Shown here one piece after another: positions 9,309-18,629 of a DNA stretch of 55,665 nucleotides (the stretch's first letter is position 1; each line of letters starts with the position of its first letter). Position numbers and translations under genes: made by a program. The DNA is from [Ruminococcus] lactaris (GTDB lineage Bacteria > Bacteroidota > Bacteroidia > Bacteroidales > Muribaculaceae): contig CAVEIP010000003.1 of assembly GCA_963615935.1 (NCBI GenBank), positions 1-55,665 of the forward strand. The letters are read 5' to 3'. The notes under the pieces were generated by a model. That model saw only the letters and a list, made by a program, of their open reading frames with translations, was not told the DNA's origin and made no database searches.

Positions 9309-9334
9309 CCTTCCCCTCTCCTAAAAGGGGAAGG
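9309..9334 (-). terminator. Candidate terminator hairpin downstream of serS
   Basis: 8-bp stem CCTTCCCC (9309-9316) / GGGGAAGG (9327-9334), 19 nt after the serS stop. The trailing T-tract on the minus strand is weak (GTAACTATTTT). Confidence 0.45.
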
Positions 9335-9352
9335 ATAAATTTTTGCAGTTAT

Positions 9353-10624
9353 TTAGTCTATTATGTCAAACCCTGTGTAAGGCACAAGCGCTTTGGGGAC
9401 GCGGATGCCTTCCGGAGTCTGATTGTTTTCGAGCAACGCTGCCATGATGCGTGGCAACGCAAGGGCTGAGCCATTGAGCGTGTGGCACAGCGTCATCTTC
9501 TTGTTGGCGTCGCGGTAGCGGCAGTGCAAGCGGTTGGCTTGGTAACTCTCGAAGTTCGATACCGAACTTACCTCCAACCAGCGTTTTTGCGCTGCTGAGT
9601 ATACCTCGAAGTCGAACGTTATCGCCGACGTGAAACTCATGTCGCCGCCGCAGAGGCGCAGGATATGCCATGGCAACTCGAGTTTCTCGAGCAGGCCTTG
9701 CACGTGGTCCTTCATCTCCTCGAGGGCTGCGTAGGAGTTTTCGGGCTTCTCAATGCGCACAATCTCTACCTTGTCAAACTGGTGCAAGCGGTTGAGGCCG
9801 CGCACGTCCTTGCCGTAACTACCGGCTTCGCGGCGGAAGCACGCTGAGTAGGCGCAGTTCTTTTTCGGAAGGTCCTTCTCATCGAAAATCACGTCGCGGT
9901 AGATGTTTGTTACAGGCACTTCTGCCGTTGGAATGAGGTAGAGGTTGTCGAGGTTGCAGTGATACATCTGGCCTTCTTTGTCGGGCAATTGTCCAGTGCC
10001 GATGCCTGATGCTTCGTTCACTACGTATGGTGGCTGAGTCTCAAGATAGCCAGCCTTTGATGCCTCGTCGAGGAAGAACTGGATGAGGGCGCGTTGCAGT
10101 TTTGCTCCCTTGCCGAAGTACACGGGGAAGCCTGCACCGGTAATCTTCACTCCGAGTTCGAAGTCGATGAGGTTGTATTTCTTTGCCAGTTCCCAGTGGG
10201 GAAGGGCGTCTTCTGGAAGGTTTGGCATCTCGCCGCCGGTCTTCTCCACCACGTTGTCCTCGGCTGTTGTGCCTTCTGGCACCATTGCGCAAGGGGTGTT
10301 AGGTATGGAAAGAAGAATTTCGGTAATCTTGTCGGCAGCGGCTTTCACCTCTTCCTCGATAGCCTTGTTGGCGGCTTTCAGTTCTGCCACCTGTGCCTTT
10401 ACGGCGTTGGCTTCGTCCTTGTTCCCAGCTTTCATAAGTGCGCCGATTTGGGCGGACAACTTGTTGAGTTCCGCTCCGTTCTGATCGAATTTGGCCTGAG
10501 CCGCACGGCGGGCCTGGTCGAGTTCCAGAATCTCGTTGATGAGTTTCTCGGCATCGAAATGTTTAACCGCAAGTCGTTTTACTATCTCTTGCGGGTTTTC
10601 TTTGATTGCGCCTAATGTAAGCAT
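9353..10624 (-). CDS. serS: Seryl-tRNA synthetase
   Basis: 423 aa. N-terminal coiled-coil arm and class II motifs (FRREAGSYGKDVRGLNRLHQFDKVE; TLNGSALALPRIMAALLEN). Confidence 0.97.
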   Translation of the reverse strand: MLTLGAIKENPQEIVKRLAVKHFDAEKLINEILELDQARRAAQAKFDQNGAELNKLSAQIGALMKAGNKDEANAVKAQVAELKAANKAIEEEVKAAADKITEILLSIPNTPCAMVPEGTTAEDNVVEKTGGEMPNLPEDALPHWELAKKYNLIDFELGVKITGAGFPVYFGKGAKLQRALIQFFLDEASKAGYLETQPPYVVNEASGIGTGQLPDKEGQMYHCNLDNLYLIPTAEVPVTNIYRDVIFDEKDLPKKNCAYSACFRREAGSYGKDVRGLNRLHQFDKVEIVRIEKPENSYAALEEMKDHVQGLLEKLELPWHILRLCGGDMSFTSAITFDFEVYSAAQKRWLEVSSVSNFESYQANRLHCRYRDANKKMTLCHTLNGSALALPRIMAALLENNQTPEGIRVPKALVPYTGFDIID

Positions 10625-10653
10625 GTTTAATCCGTTCTAAAAATGTTTTTTTG

Positions 10654-10661
10654 CAAATATA
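10654..10661 (-). promoter_or_regulatory. Candidate -7 promoter box (TATATTTG) for serS
   Basis: Plus-strand CAAATATA is TATATTTG on the minus strand, 30 nt upstream of the serS ATG. No well-spaced -33 TTTG was seen. Confidence 0.5.
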
Positions 10662-10685
10662 GTAAATTTTATGAAAAAACCTGTT

Positions 10686-11135
10686 TCAGGCAAGTAATTC
10701 TTTTACTTTCGCTGAAATTGCTTTTCCTTCGGCCTTGCCAGCCAGTTCTTTGGTGGCTGTGCCCATCACTTTGCCCATCTCTTTTGCTGAGGTGGCGCCC
10801 ACGCGGGCAATGATTTCCTTGAGCGCTGCGGTGAGTTCCTCGTCGGAGAGTTGCTTTGGCAGATATTCTTCGATGATGGCTGCCTGCGCAAGTTCTTCCT
10901 GTGCGAGGTCGGCACGGTTCTGGTCGGTGTAGATTGATGCGCTTTCCTTGCGTTGTTTCACCATCTTGGCAAGGATTTTCAGAGCGGCATCGTCGCTCAG
11001 TTCGCCGTCGCCGCCTTTGGCGGTTTTGGCTTCAAGAAACTCTTTCTTAATGCCGCGGAGTGCTTCGAGGCGCACTTTGTCGCGGGCAAGCATTGCGGCT
11101 TTGATGTCGCCGCTCACTTTGTCAAACAAGTTCAT
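10686..11135 (-). CDS. GatB/YqeY domain protein
   Basis: 149 aa. Typical YqeY N-terminus (MNLFDKVSGDIKAAMLARDKVRLEALRGIKKEF) and C-terminal GatB_Yqey pattern (MGKVMGTATKELAGKAEGKAISAKVKELL). Confidence 0.9.
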   Translation of the reverse strand: MNLFDKVSGDIKAAMLARDKVRLEALRGIKKEFLEAKTAKGGDGELSDDAALKILAKMVKQRKESASIYTDQNRADLAQEELAQAAIIEEYLPKQLSDEELTAALKEIIARVGATSAKEMGKVMGTATKELAGKAEGKAISAKVKELLA

Positions 11136-11159
11136 ATCGATATGATGTTTTAAAGATTG

Positions 11160-12560
11160 TTATTCAAAATCTATCTCACGGACGTTTTTCTTCTCCGCAT
11201 CGGCGTCGGTCGTTGCTGGCTTTGCTGCCGGCTGCGCGGGGGCTTTCGTCTCCGAAATCTGGCGCCACTCTTCGCGCAGGCTGTTGTCGTTGCCGCGGCG
11301 GTAGGTCGGGTTCTTCTCGAAGAAGTTAATCAGCACGTCGTTGTCCATCTGCTCCGGGGTGAGGATGATGTAGTTGGCGCTGGCCTTCTTGCGATTCCGC
11401 TCGCCTATCTTGTCGGGGCCGTAGATGGCTTCGATTTCCTGCTTGGTGTTTGCTCTCGACTCTGGCTTCTCCGGCTGCTGCTTCGAGCGGCCGAAGATGG
11501 AGGTGCGTTGCGGCGTCTGACCCTTCACTTGCATCTCTTCGGTGAGGCTCACGTCGAAGCCTGAGGCGAGAATAGTGATCTTAACCTTGTCGCCGAGGGC
11601 GTCGTCGAGCGATGTACCCCAAATCACGTCGACATCGTGCGAGAAGTTTATCATGAATTCCTCGATCTCTTGGGTCTCGCCCATCTTCAACTTGTGCTCT
11701 GCTTTTGGCGAGTAGTAGAGGTTGAAGAGGATGCGTTTCGACGACTGCACGTCGCGGTTTTTGAGCAGCGGTGAGTTGAGGGCGTCCTCGATGGCTTTGG
11801 TCACACGGTTTTCGCCCTCGCCGTAGCCGGTCGAGATGATTGCCGTGCCGCCGTTCTCAAGTGTTGTCTTCACGTCCTTGAAGTCGAGGTTAATCTTACC
11901 CTTGGTGTTGATCATCTCGGAGATGCTTCGCGCGGCGTCGGTCAGCGTTTCATCGGCCTTGTCAAACGCGTTGTCGAAGTCGAGGTCGCTGTATATGTCG
12001 TTGAGCCGCTGGTTGTTGATGAGAAGCAGTGCGTCAACGTATTTGCGCATCTCTTCCGCTCCTGCCAGGGCTTTCTCGATTTTCTTCATGCCTTCGAAGA
12101 TAAACGGCACTGTGACGATGCCCACCGTGAGCATGCCGTGCTCGCGCGCTATGCGTGCCACAACGGGCGATGCGCCGGTACCGGTGCCGCCGCCCATTCC
12201 GGCGGTGATGAATACCATCTCGGTGTCGTCGTCAAAGAGGTCGGCCAACTTGTCGGCAGTCTCTTCTGCCGCCTGGCGTGCCACGTCGGGGATGTTGCCT
12301 GCTCCGAGGCCTTCCTTGCCGAGTTGCACGTGGGTGGGCACGGGCGACTGCTTGAGGGCTTGGTAGTCGGTGTTGGTCACCACAAACGTTACGCCGGGGA
12401 TGTTCTGCTTGTACATGTAGTTGACTGCATTACAGCCGCCGCCGCCAACGCCGATAACCTTGATTATCGCCTTGCCGTTTTCCTTGAAACTGCTGAACCC
12501 CTTCTCTTCCATCTGGAATACGTCGGAGTTTGCTATCTTGTCGAGGTTGTTGTCTTCCAT
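11160..12560 (-). CDS. ftsZ: Cell division GTPase FtsZ
   Basis: 466 aa. IKVIGVGGGGCNAVN and the tubulin signature TAGMGGGTGTGASPVVA, followed by a long disordered C-terminal linker. It sits at the end of the dcw cluster. Confidence 0.97.
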   Translation of the reverse strand: MEDNNLDKIANSDVFQMEEKGFSSFKENGKAIIKVIGVGGGGCNAVNYMYKQNIPGVTFVVTNTDYQALKQSPVPTHVQLGKEGLGAGNIPDVARQAAEETADKLADLFDDDTEMVFITAGMGGGTGTGASPVVARIAREHGMLTVGIVTVPFIFEGMKKIEKALAGAEEMRKYVDALLLINNQRLNDIYSDLDFDNAFDKADETLTDAARSISEMINTKGKINLDFKDVKTTLENGGTAIISTGYGEGENRVTKAIEDALNSPLLKNRDVQSSKRILFNLYYSPKAEHKLKMGETQEIEEFMINFSHDVDVIWGTSLDDALGDKVKITILASGFDVSLTEEMQVKGQTPQRTSIFGRSKQQPEKPESRANTKQEIEAIYGPDKIGERNRKKASANYIILTPEQMDNDVLINFFEKNPTYRRGNDNSLREEWRQISETKAPAQPAAKPATTDADAEKKNVREIDFE

Positions 12561-12578
12561 ACTCGTTGTCTTTTCTTT

Positions 12579-13868
12579 CTACATTTCGTCGTCTGGTGCG
12601 CTCATCGTGTTGCCGAGTCGCTCCCAGAATTTATTCAAAAAGCGGTTGCCTCTCTTCGGCTCTTTCTTTTCAACGTGCTTGCGTTCAGGCTCTTTCTCTG
12701 TCGGCTCGTCGACGTTGGGGTCGCCGTTTACGGGCATCGGCGGAATCGACATGCAGTTTTCCGATGCGGGGTCCTCGGCTACGGCGTCGATCACAGACAG
12801 CAACTGCGGTATCTTGGCCAACTCGAGCGACTCGCCAACGCCGGGGAACTGTCCGATGCGCACCGTTGCCTTGGTGGCGTCGTGCAGCAGCGTCTGGATG
12901 TTTTTCAGGCGCATGCCGCGGCCTGTTGCCACGATGGGGCGCTGCTCTGGGAATTTGGCGAGCAACAGTTGGTTGCTCACGTTCTGGATGATTTCGCCTG
13001 CGCGCGACGACACGTAGTTTGCTACGTCGGTGGCAGGGATGCCTGCCACGTCGCCCTGCGGCAGACTCTCGCTCGGTGGCATGGCGTCGCCGTAGGTGCG
13101 CTTAATCTTCTCTGCCTGCTCTTCAAGCACGTTCAGCGAGCAGATGTCGCGGGTGATGTTGCGCGAGCCCATAGGAAGCACGGAGAGATACGTCAGATGG
13201 TTGTCCTTGAACGTTGCCACGGTGGTGGTTTCCGCACCGAGGTCTACGTAGGCGCAGCCCAAGCGGCGCTCTTCGCTGGTGAGGAGCACGCGCGAAGCTG
13301 CTATCGGGGTGACGATAAAGCCGCACACCTTGATTTTCAGGCGCTCAAACACCATCTGCATGTTGCGGCGCATCTGTTGGCGGCAAAGCACCACGTTCAT
13401 TACCACATGCAGGTGCTTGCCGATGCTGCCTATTGGGTTGACTATTGGAGCCCCGTCGAGTTCATACTGTCCAGGGAGGATGTCGATCACGTTGGCACTC
13501 TCGTAGCGCGCCGCCGCTTCTTGGCGCAGGCGGTCGATGAAACTGCGGCTGATAGGCACGCTGTCGTCGATGTCGTGGTCAATCTCCACGGCTTCGGTGT
13601 GGAGCGAACGTCCGCCGAAGGCGAGATACACGCCGTCAATCGTCCGTGGCGCTACGTGTGGGTCGCGGCAAATGCGTTGCAGCAGTTCGTTGGTCTTGCT
13701 GCACACCTCATCCACGTTGACGATGCTGCCGTATCTCACGCATTCGATGATGGGCACTTCGTGGTAGCACACTGGCGAGGCGTCGCCGGGTGCTTTGACG
13801 AGTGCAACCACTCCGGCAATGTGCGAACTGCCGATCTCGAGGGCTACGATATATTTTTTGTCTGCCAT
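12579..13868 (-). CDS. ftsA: Cell division protein FtsA (actin-like ATPase)
   Basis: 429 aa. N-terminal phosphate-1 motif (YIVALEIGSSHIAGVV). Located immediately upstream of ftsZ. Confidence 0.93.
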   Translation of the reverse strand: MADKKYIVALEIGSSHIAGVVALVKAPGDASPVCYHEVPIIECVRYGSIVNVDEVCSKTNELLQRICRDPHVAPRTIDGVYLAFGGRSLHTEAVEIDHDIDDSVPISRSFIDRLRQEAAARYESANVIDILPGQYELDGAPIVNPIGSIGKHLHVVMNVVLCRQQMRRNMQMVFERLKIKVCGFIVTPIAASRVLLTSEERRLGCAYVDLGAETTTVATFKDNHLTYLSVLPMGSRNITRDICSLNVLEEQAEKIKRTYGDAMPPSESLPQGDVAGIPATDVANYVSSRAGEIIQNVSNQLLLAKFPEQRPIVATGRGMRLKNIQTLLHDATKATVRIGQFPGVGESLELAKIPQLLSVIDAVAEDPASENCMSIPPMPVNGDPNVDEPTEKEPERKHVEKKEPKRGNRFLNKFWERLGNTMSAPDDEM

Positions 13869-13893
13869 ATCTGTTTAGTGTCTATTTCTTGGT

Positions 13894-14751
13894 TTATTCT
13901 TTCTTCATTACTTTCTGGTGGCGTGTGGTGTCGGCCACATGCTCTACCACTTGCTGCGGGTCGGGCGACTCCTCATGCCCGAGTTCGGCGTTGTCCTGTA
14001 TCCACAGGCGCGGCTTGTCGTAGCGCTTTGTTGCCACTATCTGCCCGTGCCACTTCAGGGTGATGGTGTCGTAGTAGTCCCAGCCTTTCACCGGCAGCAC
14101 TTCCTTGTAGAAGCGCTTCAACTTGGCGAACTTCTTGTCGAGGTCGCTCATGTCGCCGAGGTTCACTATCAAGCCCGTGGTCTTCGGCACGATGTAGATG
14201 TTTCGGCGGTCGGCTACCCTGATGGCCGACACCAGTGCGTCTACATCGGGATGCTCGCCCAAATAGTCAATCAGCGGCAGCAACTGCGTGGCAGGATACT
14301 GCTTGCTGAAATGCCCTTCCGCAACGGGTACGTCGAGGAAGAAGCCTGCATTGGCGGGCACGTGCTTGCCCGCGCGGTTGATGTAGTACGACGCATCGCC
14401 GTCAAACACGCGCAGCACCGGCTGCACGGGTTGCAGGTCGATGCGCACGGTGTTGTCGCTGCAGGTGTAGCACTGCACGTGCTCCACGTAGTACTGGCTG
14501 TCGAACGTGCGCTCCATCTTCTCAATGTCGATGGCTGTGAGCGGACGCCCTTTCACCTTGAAGCCGAGGCGCTCCACCTCCGAGAGGATAAACCTGTCGG
14601 TGATGAACCGTAGTGAGTCGTCGGGGTTTTCCACATGCGCGACAACGCCGCTGCACTTGGCTTCTCGCCGCGCGGCACTTGTCCACAGAAATGCGGCCAC
14701 AACGTAGACCACAACGAGGACTGTCGATATGTAGAACACCGTCTTTTTCAA
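13894..14751 (-). CDS. ftsQ: FtsQ-type cell division protein
   Basis: 285 aa. One N-terminal TM segment (VFYISTVLVVVYVVAAFLW) followed by a POTRA-sized periplasmic body. Conserved position between murC and ftsA, with a 4-nt overlap with the murC stop. Confidence 0.8.
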   Translation of the reverse strand: MKKTVFYISTVLVVVYVVAAFLWTSAARREAKCSGVVAHVENPDDSLRFITDRFILSEVERLGFKVKGRPLTAIDIEKMERTFDSQYYVEHVQCYTCSDNTVRIDLQPVQPVLRVFDGDASYYINRAGKHVPANAGFFLDVPVAEGHFSKQYPATQLLPLIDYLGEHPDVDALVSAIRVADRRNIYIVPKTTGLIVNLGDMSDLDKKFAKLKRFYKEVLPVKGWDYYDTITLKWHGQIVATKRYDKPRLWIQDNAELGHEESPDPQQVVEHVADTTRHQKVMKKE

Positions 14752-16136
14752 TGCTTCTGCTTCGCTATTTCACAAATTTGAGGCAAGAGATTGCACACAT
14801 CGCCGGCTCCTGCTGTCAAAAGTACATCAAAATTATGGTTTTTTATCATTTCTACCAAAGAATTTCGCTCGCAAAGCACTTTGCTTTTGCATTTTATGTC
14901 TTTGAAGATGATTTCGGAGGTCACTCCCTCAATTGGCAACTCGCGGGCGGGGTAGATGTTGAGCAGTATCACGTCGTCGGCCAACGACAGTGCCTCGGCA
15001 AACTGGGGCGCAAAGTCGCGGGTGCGGGTGTAGAGATGGGGCTGGAACACTACCGTGAGGCGGCGCTCGGGATAGAGGTCCTTGACGGAGCGGATGCTGG
15101 CCTTGAGTTCGTCGGGGTGGTGGGCGTAGTCGTCGATGATGACTTTTCCGTGGTCACCGGGCTCCTTGAGCCAGAATTCGAAGCGGCGCTTGGCGCCGAG
15201 GAAGGTGCCTACGGCTTTGCGGAGGGTGTCGTCGTCGACGCCTACCAACTGGCACACTGCCATGGCTGCCACGGCGTTCTCTATGTTGATGTCGACTGGC
15301 ACGCCGAGGCTCACGTCGGCGATGCGGCCTTTAGGGCTCACGAAATCGAACACTATCTCGCCGTTGCCCTTGCGCACGTTCTCTGCGTGGAAGTCGCCTT
15401 CGTTGCGCGAGTAGTGGTACACGGTCACGCCTTCCTGTGGCCGTGGCCGCAGTTTCAGGCCCGTGTGGCAGATGAGTGTGCCGCCGGGTTGGATGAGTTC
15501 AGTGAAGTGCGCAAAACTCTCCAAATAGGCTTCTTCGGTGCCGTAGATGTCGAGGTGGTCGGGGTCGGTGGCTGTTACCACGGCTATGTATGGGTTCAAC
15601 CAGTGGAACGAGCGGTCGAACTCGTCGGCCTCAATCACGGTGTATGGGCTGCTGTCGCTGAGCATGAAGTTGCTGTCGTAATTGCGCAGAATGCCGCCCA
15701 AAAAGGCGTTGCAGCCTATCGCTGATGTGTGGAGTATGTGGGCGGCCATGCTCGACGTGGTGGTCTTGCCGTGAGTGCCGGAGAAGCACAGTCCTTTCGA
15801 CTCGTGGGTGAGCAGTCCGAGCACTTGTGCGCGCTTCATCACGGTGAATCCGCCGTCGCGGAAATATGTCAGTCCGGGATGCTCTGCGGGGATGGCGGGG
15901 GTGTAGACCACGAGGGTGGTCGCCTTGTCGCGGCAATAGTCAGGGATGAGGGCGGCGCTGTCGTCGTAGACAATTTCGGCTCCCTCTTTGGTCAGTTCGT
16001 CGGTGAGGTCGGTGCGTGTGCGGTCGTAGCCTGCCACTTTCAACCCCTTCGACAGGTAGTATCTCACGAGGGCTGCCATGCCGATGCCGCCGGCGCCCAC
16101 GAAGTATACGCTTTTGTATTGTTTCTTTTCAGTCAT
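14748..16136 (-). CDS. murC: UDP-N-acetylmuramate--L-alanine ligase
   Basis: 462 aa. VYFVGAGGIGMAAL Rossmann N-terminus and the Mur ligase P-loop GTHGKTTTSSM. Confidence 0.95.
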   Translation of the reverse strand: MTEKKQYKSVYFVGAGGIGMAALVRYYLSKGLKVAGYDRTRTDLTDELTKEGAEIVYDDSAALIPDYCRDKATTLVVYTPAIPAEHPGLTYFRDGGFTVMKRAQVLGLLTHESKGLCFSGTHGKTTTSSMAAHILHTSAIGCNAFLGGILRNYDSNFMLSDSSPYTVIEADEFDRSFHWLNPYIAVVTATDPDHLDIYGTEEAYLESFAHFTELIQPGGTLICHTGLKLRPRPQEGVTVYHYSRNEGDFHAENVRKGNGEIVFDFVSPKGRIADVSLGVPVDINIENAVAAMAVCQLVGVDDDTLRKAVGTFLGAKRRFEFWLKEPGDHGKVIIDDYAHHPDELKASIRSVKDLYPERRLTVVFQPHLYTRTRDFAPQFAEALSLADDVILLNIYPARELPIEGVTSEIIFKDIKCKSKVLCERNSLVEMIKNHNFDVLLTAGAGDVCNLLPQICEIAKQKH

Positions 16137-16160
16137 TTCGTTTAGTTTGTTTTGGTTGGT

Positions 16161-17270
16161 TTATTGTCCCACAATCTGCATCACGCGGTCCACGATGTCG
16201 GCCACGGCGTTGCGGTGTGCCATCTTGGCGATGTTGTCGGAGAGTGTGGCGAGGCGCTTGTCGTCCTTCACCAGGGCGAGGGCTTCCTTCACGAGGCTCT
16301 CGGCGGCGTCTACGTCGCGAACCATCACGGCTGCGTTGCGCTCCACGAGGGCGAGGGCGTTCTTGGTTTGGTGGTCCTCAGCCACATTGGGCGACGGCAC
16401 CAGAAGGGCTGCCTTTCCGAGCAACTGGAGTTCGGATATCGAACTTGCGCCGGCTCTCGACACTACGAGGTCGGCAGCGCGGTAGGCTTCGTCCATGTTG
16501 GTGACAAAGGCTTGTTGTACTACATTGCCGGGCTTCTTTTCTGCCATGGTGGCTTGTGCCTGGGTGTCGTAGATTTTGCCAGTTTGCCATATCACTTGCA
16601 CGCCGTCGGTGGCTTTGATGGTGTCGAGCGCCGCCGCGATGCAATTGTTCACCGTGCGGGCGCCGAGCGAGCCGCCAACCACGAGGATGGTGCGCTTGTC
16701 GGGATCCAGTCCGAACTTCTGGCGGGCTTCCTGAGGCGTAAGCGGGCAGTTGAGGATGTTTTGGCGCACGGGGTTGCCCGTGACGAGGATTTTGTCGGCG
16801 GGGAAGAATTTTTCCATGCCGTCGTATGCCACGCAGATTGCTTCTGCCTTCTGCGCCAGCAGTTTGTTGGTCACCCCGGCGTATGAGTTCTGCTCCTGGA
16901 TGAGTGTTGGCACGCCGCGCTTCTGCGCCTCCTTGAGCATCGGGCCGCTGGCGTAGCCGCCCACGCCGATGGCTATGTCGGGATTGAAGTCCTTGAGTAT
17001 CTTTTTTGCCAGATGCATGCTCTTGAGCAGGCGCGCCACAACCTTGAAGTTGCGCAGCAGGTGCTTGCGGTCGAAGCCACTAACGGGCAGACCTACAATC
17101 TTGTAGCCGGCAGCCGGCACTTTCTCCATCTCCATACGGTTTTCGGCTCCCACAAAGAGTATCTCCGCGTCGGGGCGGCGCTCTTTGATGCCGTTGGCTA
17201 TCGACAGGGCGGGGAAGATGTGTCCGCCTGTTCCGCCTCCACTAATCAGCACATTCAGTTTTTTCTTCAT
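16161..17270 (-). CDS. murG: Undecaprenyldiphospho-muramoylpentapeptide beta-N-acetylglucosaminyltransferase
   Basis: 369 aa. ISGGGTGGHIFPALS G-loop and the GT28 architecture. Confidence 0.95.
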   Translation of the reverse strand: MKKKLNVLISGGGTGGHIFPALSIANGIKERRPDAEILFVGAENRMEMEKVPAAGYKIVGLPVSGFDRKHLLRNFKVVARLLKSMHLAKKILKDFNPDIAIGVGGYASGPMLKEAQKRGVPTLIQEQNSYAGVTNKLLAQKAEAICVAYDGMEKFFPADKILVTGNPVRQNILNCPLTPQEARQKFGLDPDKRTILVVGGSLGARTVNNCIAAALDTIKATDGVQVIWQTGKIYDTQAQATMAEKKPGNVVQQAFVTNMDEAYRAADLVVSRAGASSISELQLLGKAALLVPSPNVAEDHQTKNALALVERNAAVMVRDVDAAESLVKEALALVKDDKRLATLSDNIAKMAHRNAVADIVDRVMQIVGQ

Positions 17271-17286
17271 ATCCTGTAGTTTCAGT

Positions 17287-17310
17287 GGCAGCGGAGAGAT
17301 TCCCGCTGCC
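17287..17310. other. Hairpin in the ftsW-murG spacer inside the dcw operon
   Basis: 8-bp stem GGCAGCGG (17287-17294) / CCGCTGCC (17303-17310). The T-rich tract follows on the plus (antisense) strand, not on the operon strand. Function unknown. Confidence 0.35.
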
Positions 17311-17317
17311 TGTTCTT

Positions 17318-18607
17318 TTATTTGTCTTTAGTTGGGTTGGCAACACGCATTCGCTCTGGCAATGCCTCGTCTTCGCGGCGTGCATCCTTCGCCTTGTCGC
17401 TCTGTGTGGCTGTGCGGCTCACACTGAGCATCACTCCGAAGGCTATACTGGTCACTATCACCGACGTACCGCCCTTGGATATCAGCGGCAACGGTTGTCC
17501 CGACACGGGGAACACTCCAGTGTTGATGGCTATGTGGAAGAATGCTTGCAGCACTATCATCACCGCCGAGCCCATCACCAGAAAGGCGGGGAACGCTCGG
17601 CTGCACCGTCGGGCTATTCCGCCGGCATGGGTAAGCAGTGCGAAGTAGACGGCGATGAGTACCACTCCGCCAAGGAATCCGAGGTCCTCCACGATGATGG
17701 AGAACACATAGTCGGAGAATGCCAGCGGCAGACGGCTACACTCGCGCGAGTTGCCGGGCATCACACCGTAGATGCCGCCGTTGGCTTGTGCCATGTAGGA
17801 GTACATCTCCTGGTCGTTGGTCGACGTTATCGGCTCAAGATACATCGGCGTCTTCCACCGCTGGATGTAGCGGTCGATGCGCGCCTGCCACGTCTTGTCG
17901 CGCAGTTGTCCCTTGTCGGCGGCATCAACCTGTTCGGTCTTGTCGAGGTCGTCAAGCGACGAGGAATCGATTTTCTGCTGGATGGCATAGACGCTGACGC
18001 CGATGAGGGCAAATCCCATCATAGCTATCCAGAAGCGTTTGTAATTGATTTTACCGATAACCAATAGGGAGGCGCTCACGCAGATAAACAGCAGGGTGTT
18101 GGTCATGCCTTGCATCACCAGCAATATGCTGAAACCTCCTACGATGGCCAGCGACCACCACATGCCGGCGTCCTTGATGCGCCCGAGTTTGCGGTCGATG
18201 TTGCTTGCCATCACAAACGACAACAGAAACACTATCGCCAACTTGGCAAACTCTGCCGGCTGTAGCGTGAATCCAAGCAGATGCACGGCGCGCTGGGCGC
18301 CGTTGATGGTCTTGCCGAAGAAGTTGGCATAGAGCATCAGTCCGATGGTCACAACGCTGAACAGGATGCCGCCTTTCAGATAGCGCACATAGTTGAGTCG
18401 CGCGCAGAATATCATAATTCCTACGCCTAACGCCAGAAACATCAACTGCTTGAACATCGGGCCGAGCGCACTACCCACGATTTCGCGGCTCGATGCGCTG
18501 TAACTCTCCACAACCGACACCAACAACAGGGTGATGTAGATGCCGATGATGTAGGTGTTGGATTTTCCTAATGTCTTGGTTTTAGCCTTTATCGCTGTTT
18601 CTGCCAT
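17318..18607 (-). CDS. ftsW: SEDS-family peptidoglycan glycosyltransferase FtsW
   Basis: 429 aa polytopic membrane protein. FtsW/RodA-type C-terminal motif (PLISKGGTSVIVTSIAFGVMLSV). Located between murD and murG. Confidence 0.93.
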   Translation of the reverse strand: MAETAIKAKTKTLGKSNTYIIGIYITLLLVSVVESYSASSREIVGSALGPMFKQLMFLALGVGIMIFCARLNYVRYLKGGILFSVVTIGLMLYANFFGKTINGAQRAVHLLGFTLQPAEFAKLAIVFLLSFVMASNIDRKLGRIKDAGMWWSLAIVGGFSILLVMQGMTNTLLFICVSASLLVIGKINYKRFWIAMMGFALIGVSVYAIQQKIDSSSLDDLDKTEQVDAADKGQLRDKTWQARIDRYIQRWKTPMYLEPITSTNDQEMYSYMAQANGGIYGVMPGNSRECSRLPLAFSDYVFSIIVEDLGFLGGVVLIAVYFALLTHAGGIARRCSRAFPAFLVMGSAVMIVLQAFFHIAINTGVFPVSGQPLPLISKGGTSVIVTSIAFGVMLSVSRTATQSDKAKDARREDEALPERMRVANPTKDK

Positions 18608-18629
18608 TGTTTGCGTCCCTTCCCAAACT

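Noticed and set aside
10680-10690. A CCTG-AAA-CAGG hairpin plus T-run overlapping the yqeY-like stop codon could be a terminator.
   Set aside because: The stem is only 4 bp and overlaps the coding end, which is too weak to call. serS appears to have its own -7 box immediately downstream in any case.
12138-14063. Very long plus-strand ORFs antisense to the minus-strand genes. Examples: 641 aa at 12138..14063, 370 aa at 14613..15725, 420 aa at 36573..37835, 449 aa at 46089..47438 and 364 aa at 51839..52933.
   Set aside because: These are typical shadow ORFs of GC-rich coding DNA. Their translations are low-complexity (rich in H, V, A, G and R) with no motifs. The opposite strand encodes unmistakable conserved proteins such as FtsZ, FtsA, MurC, KS and the methyltransferase.
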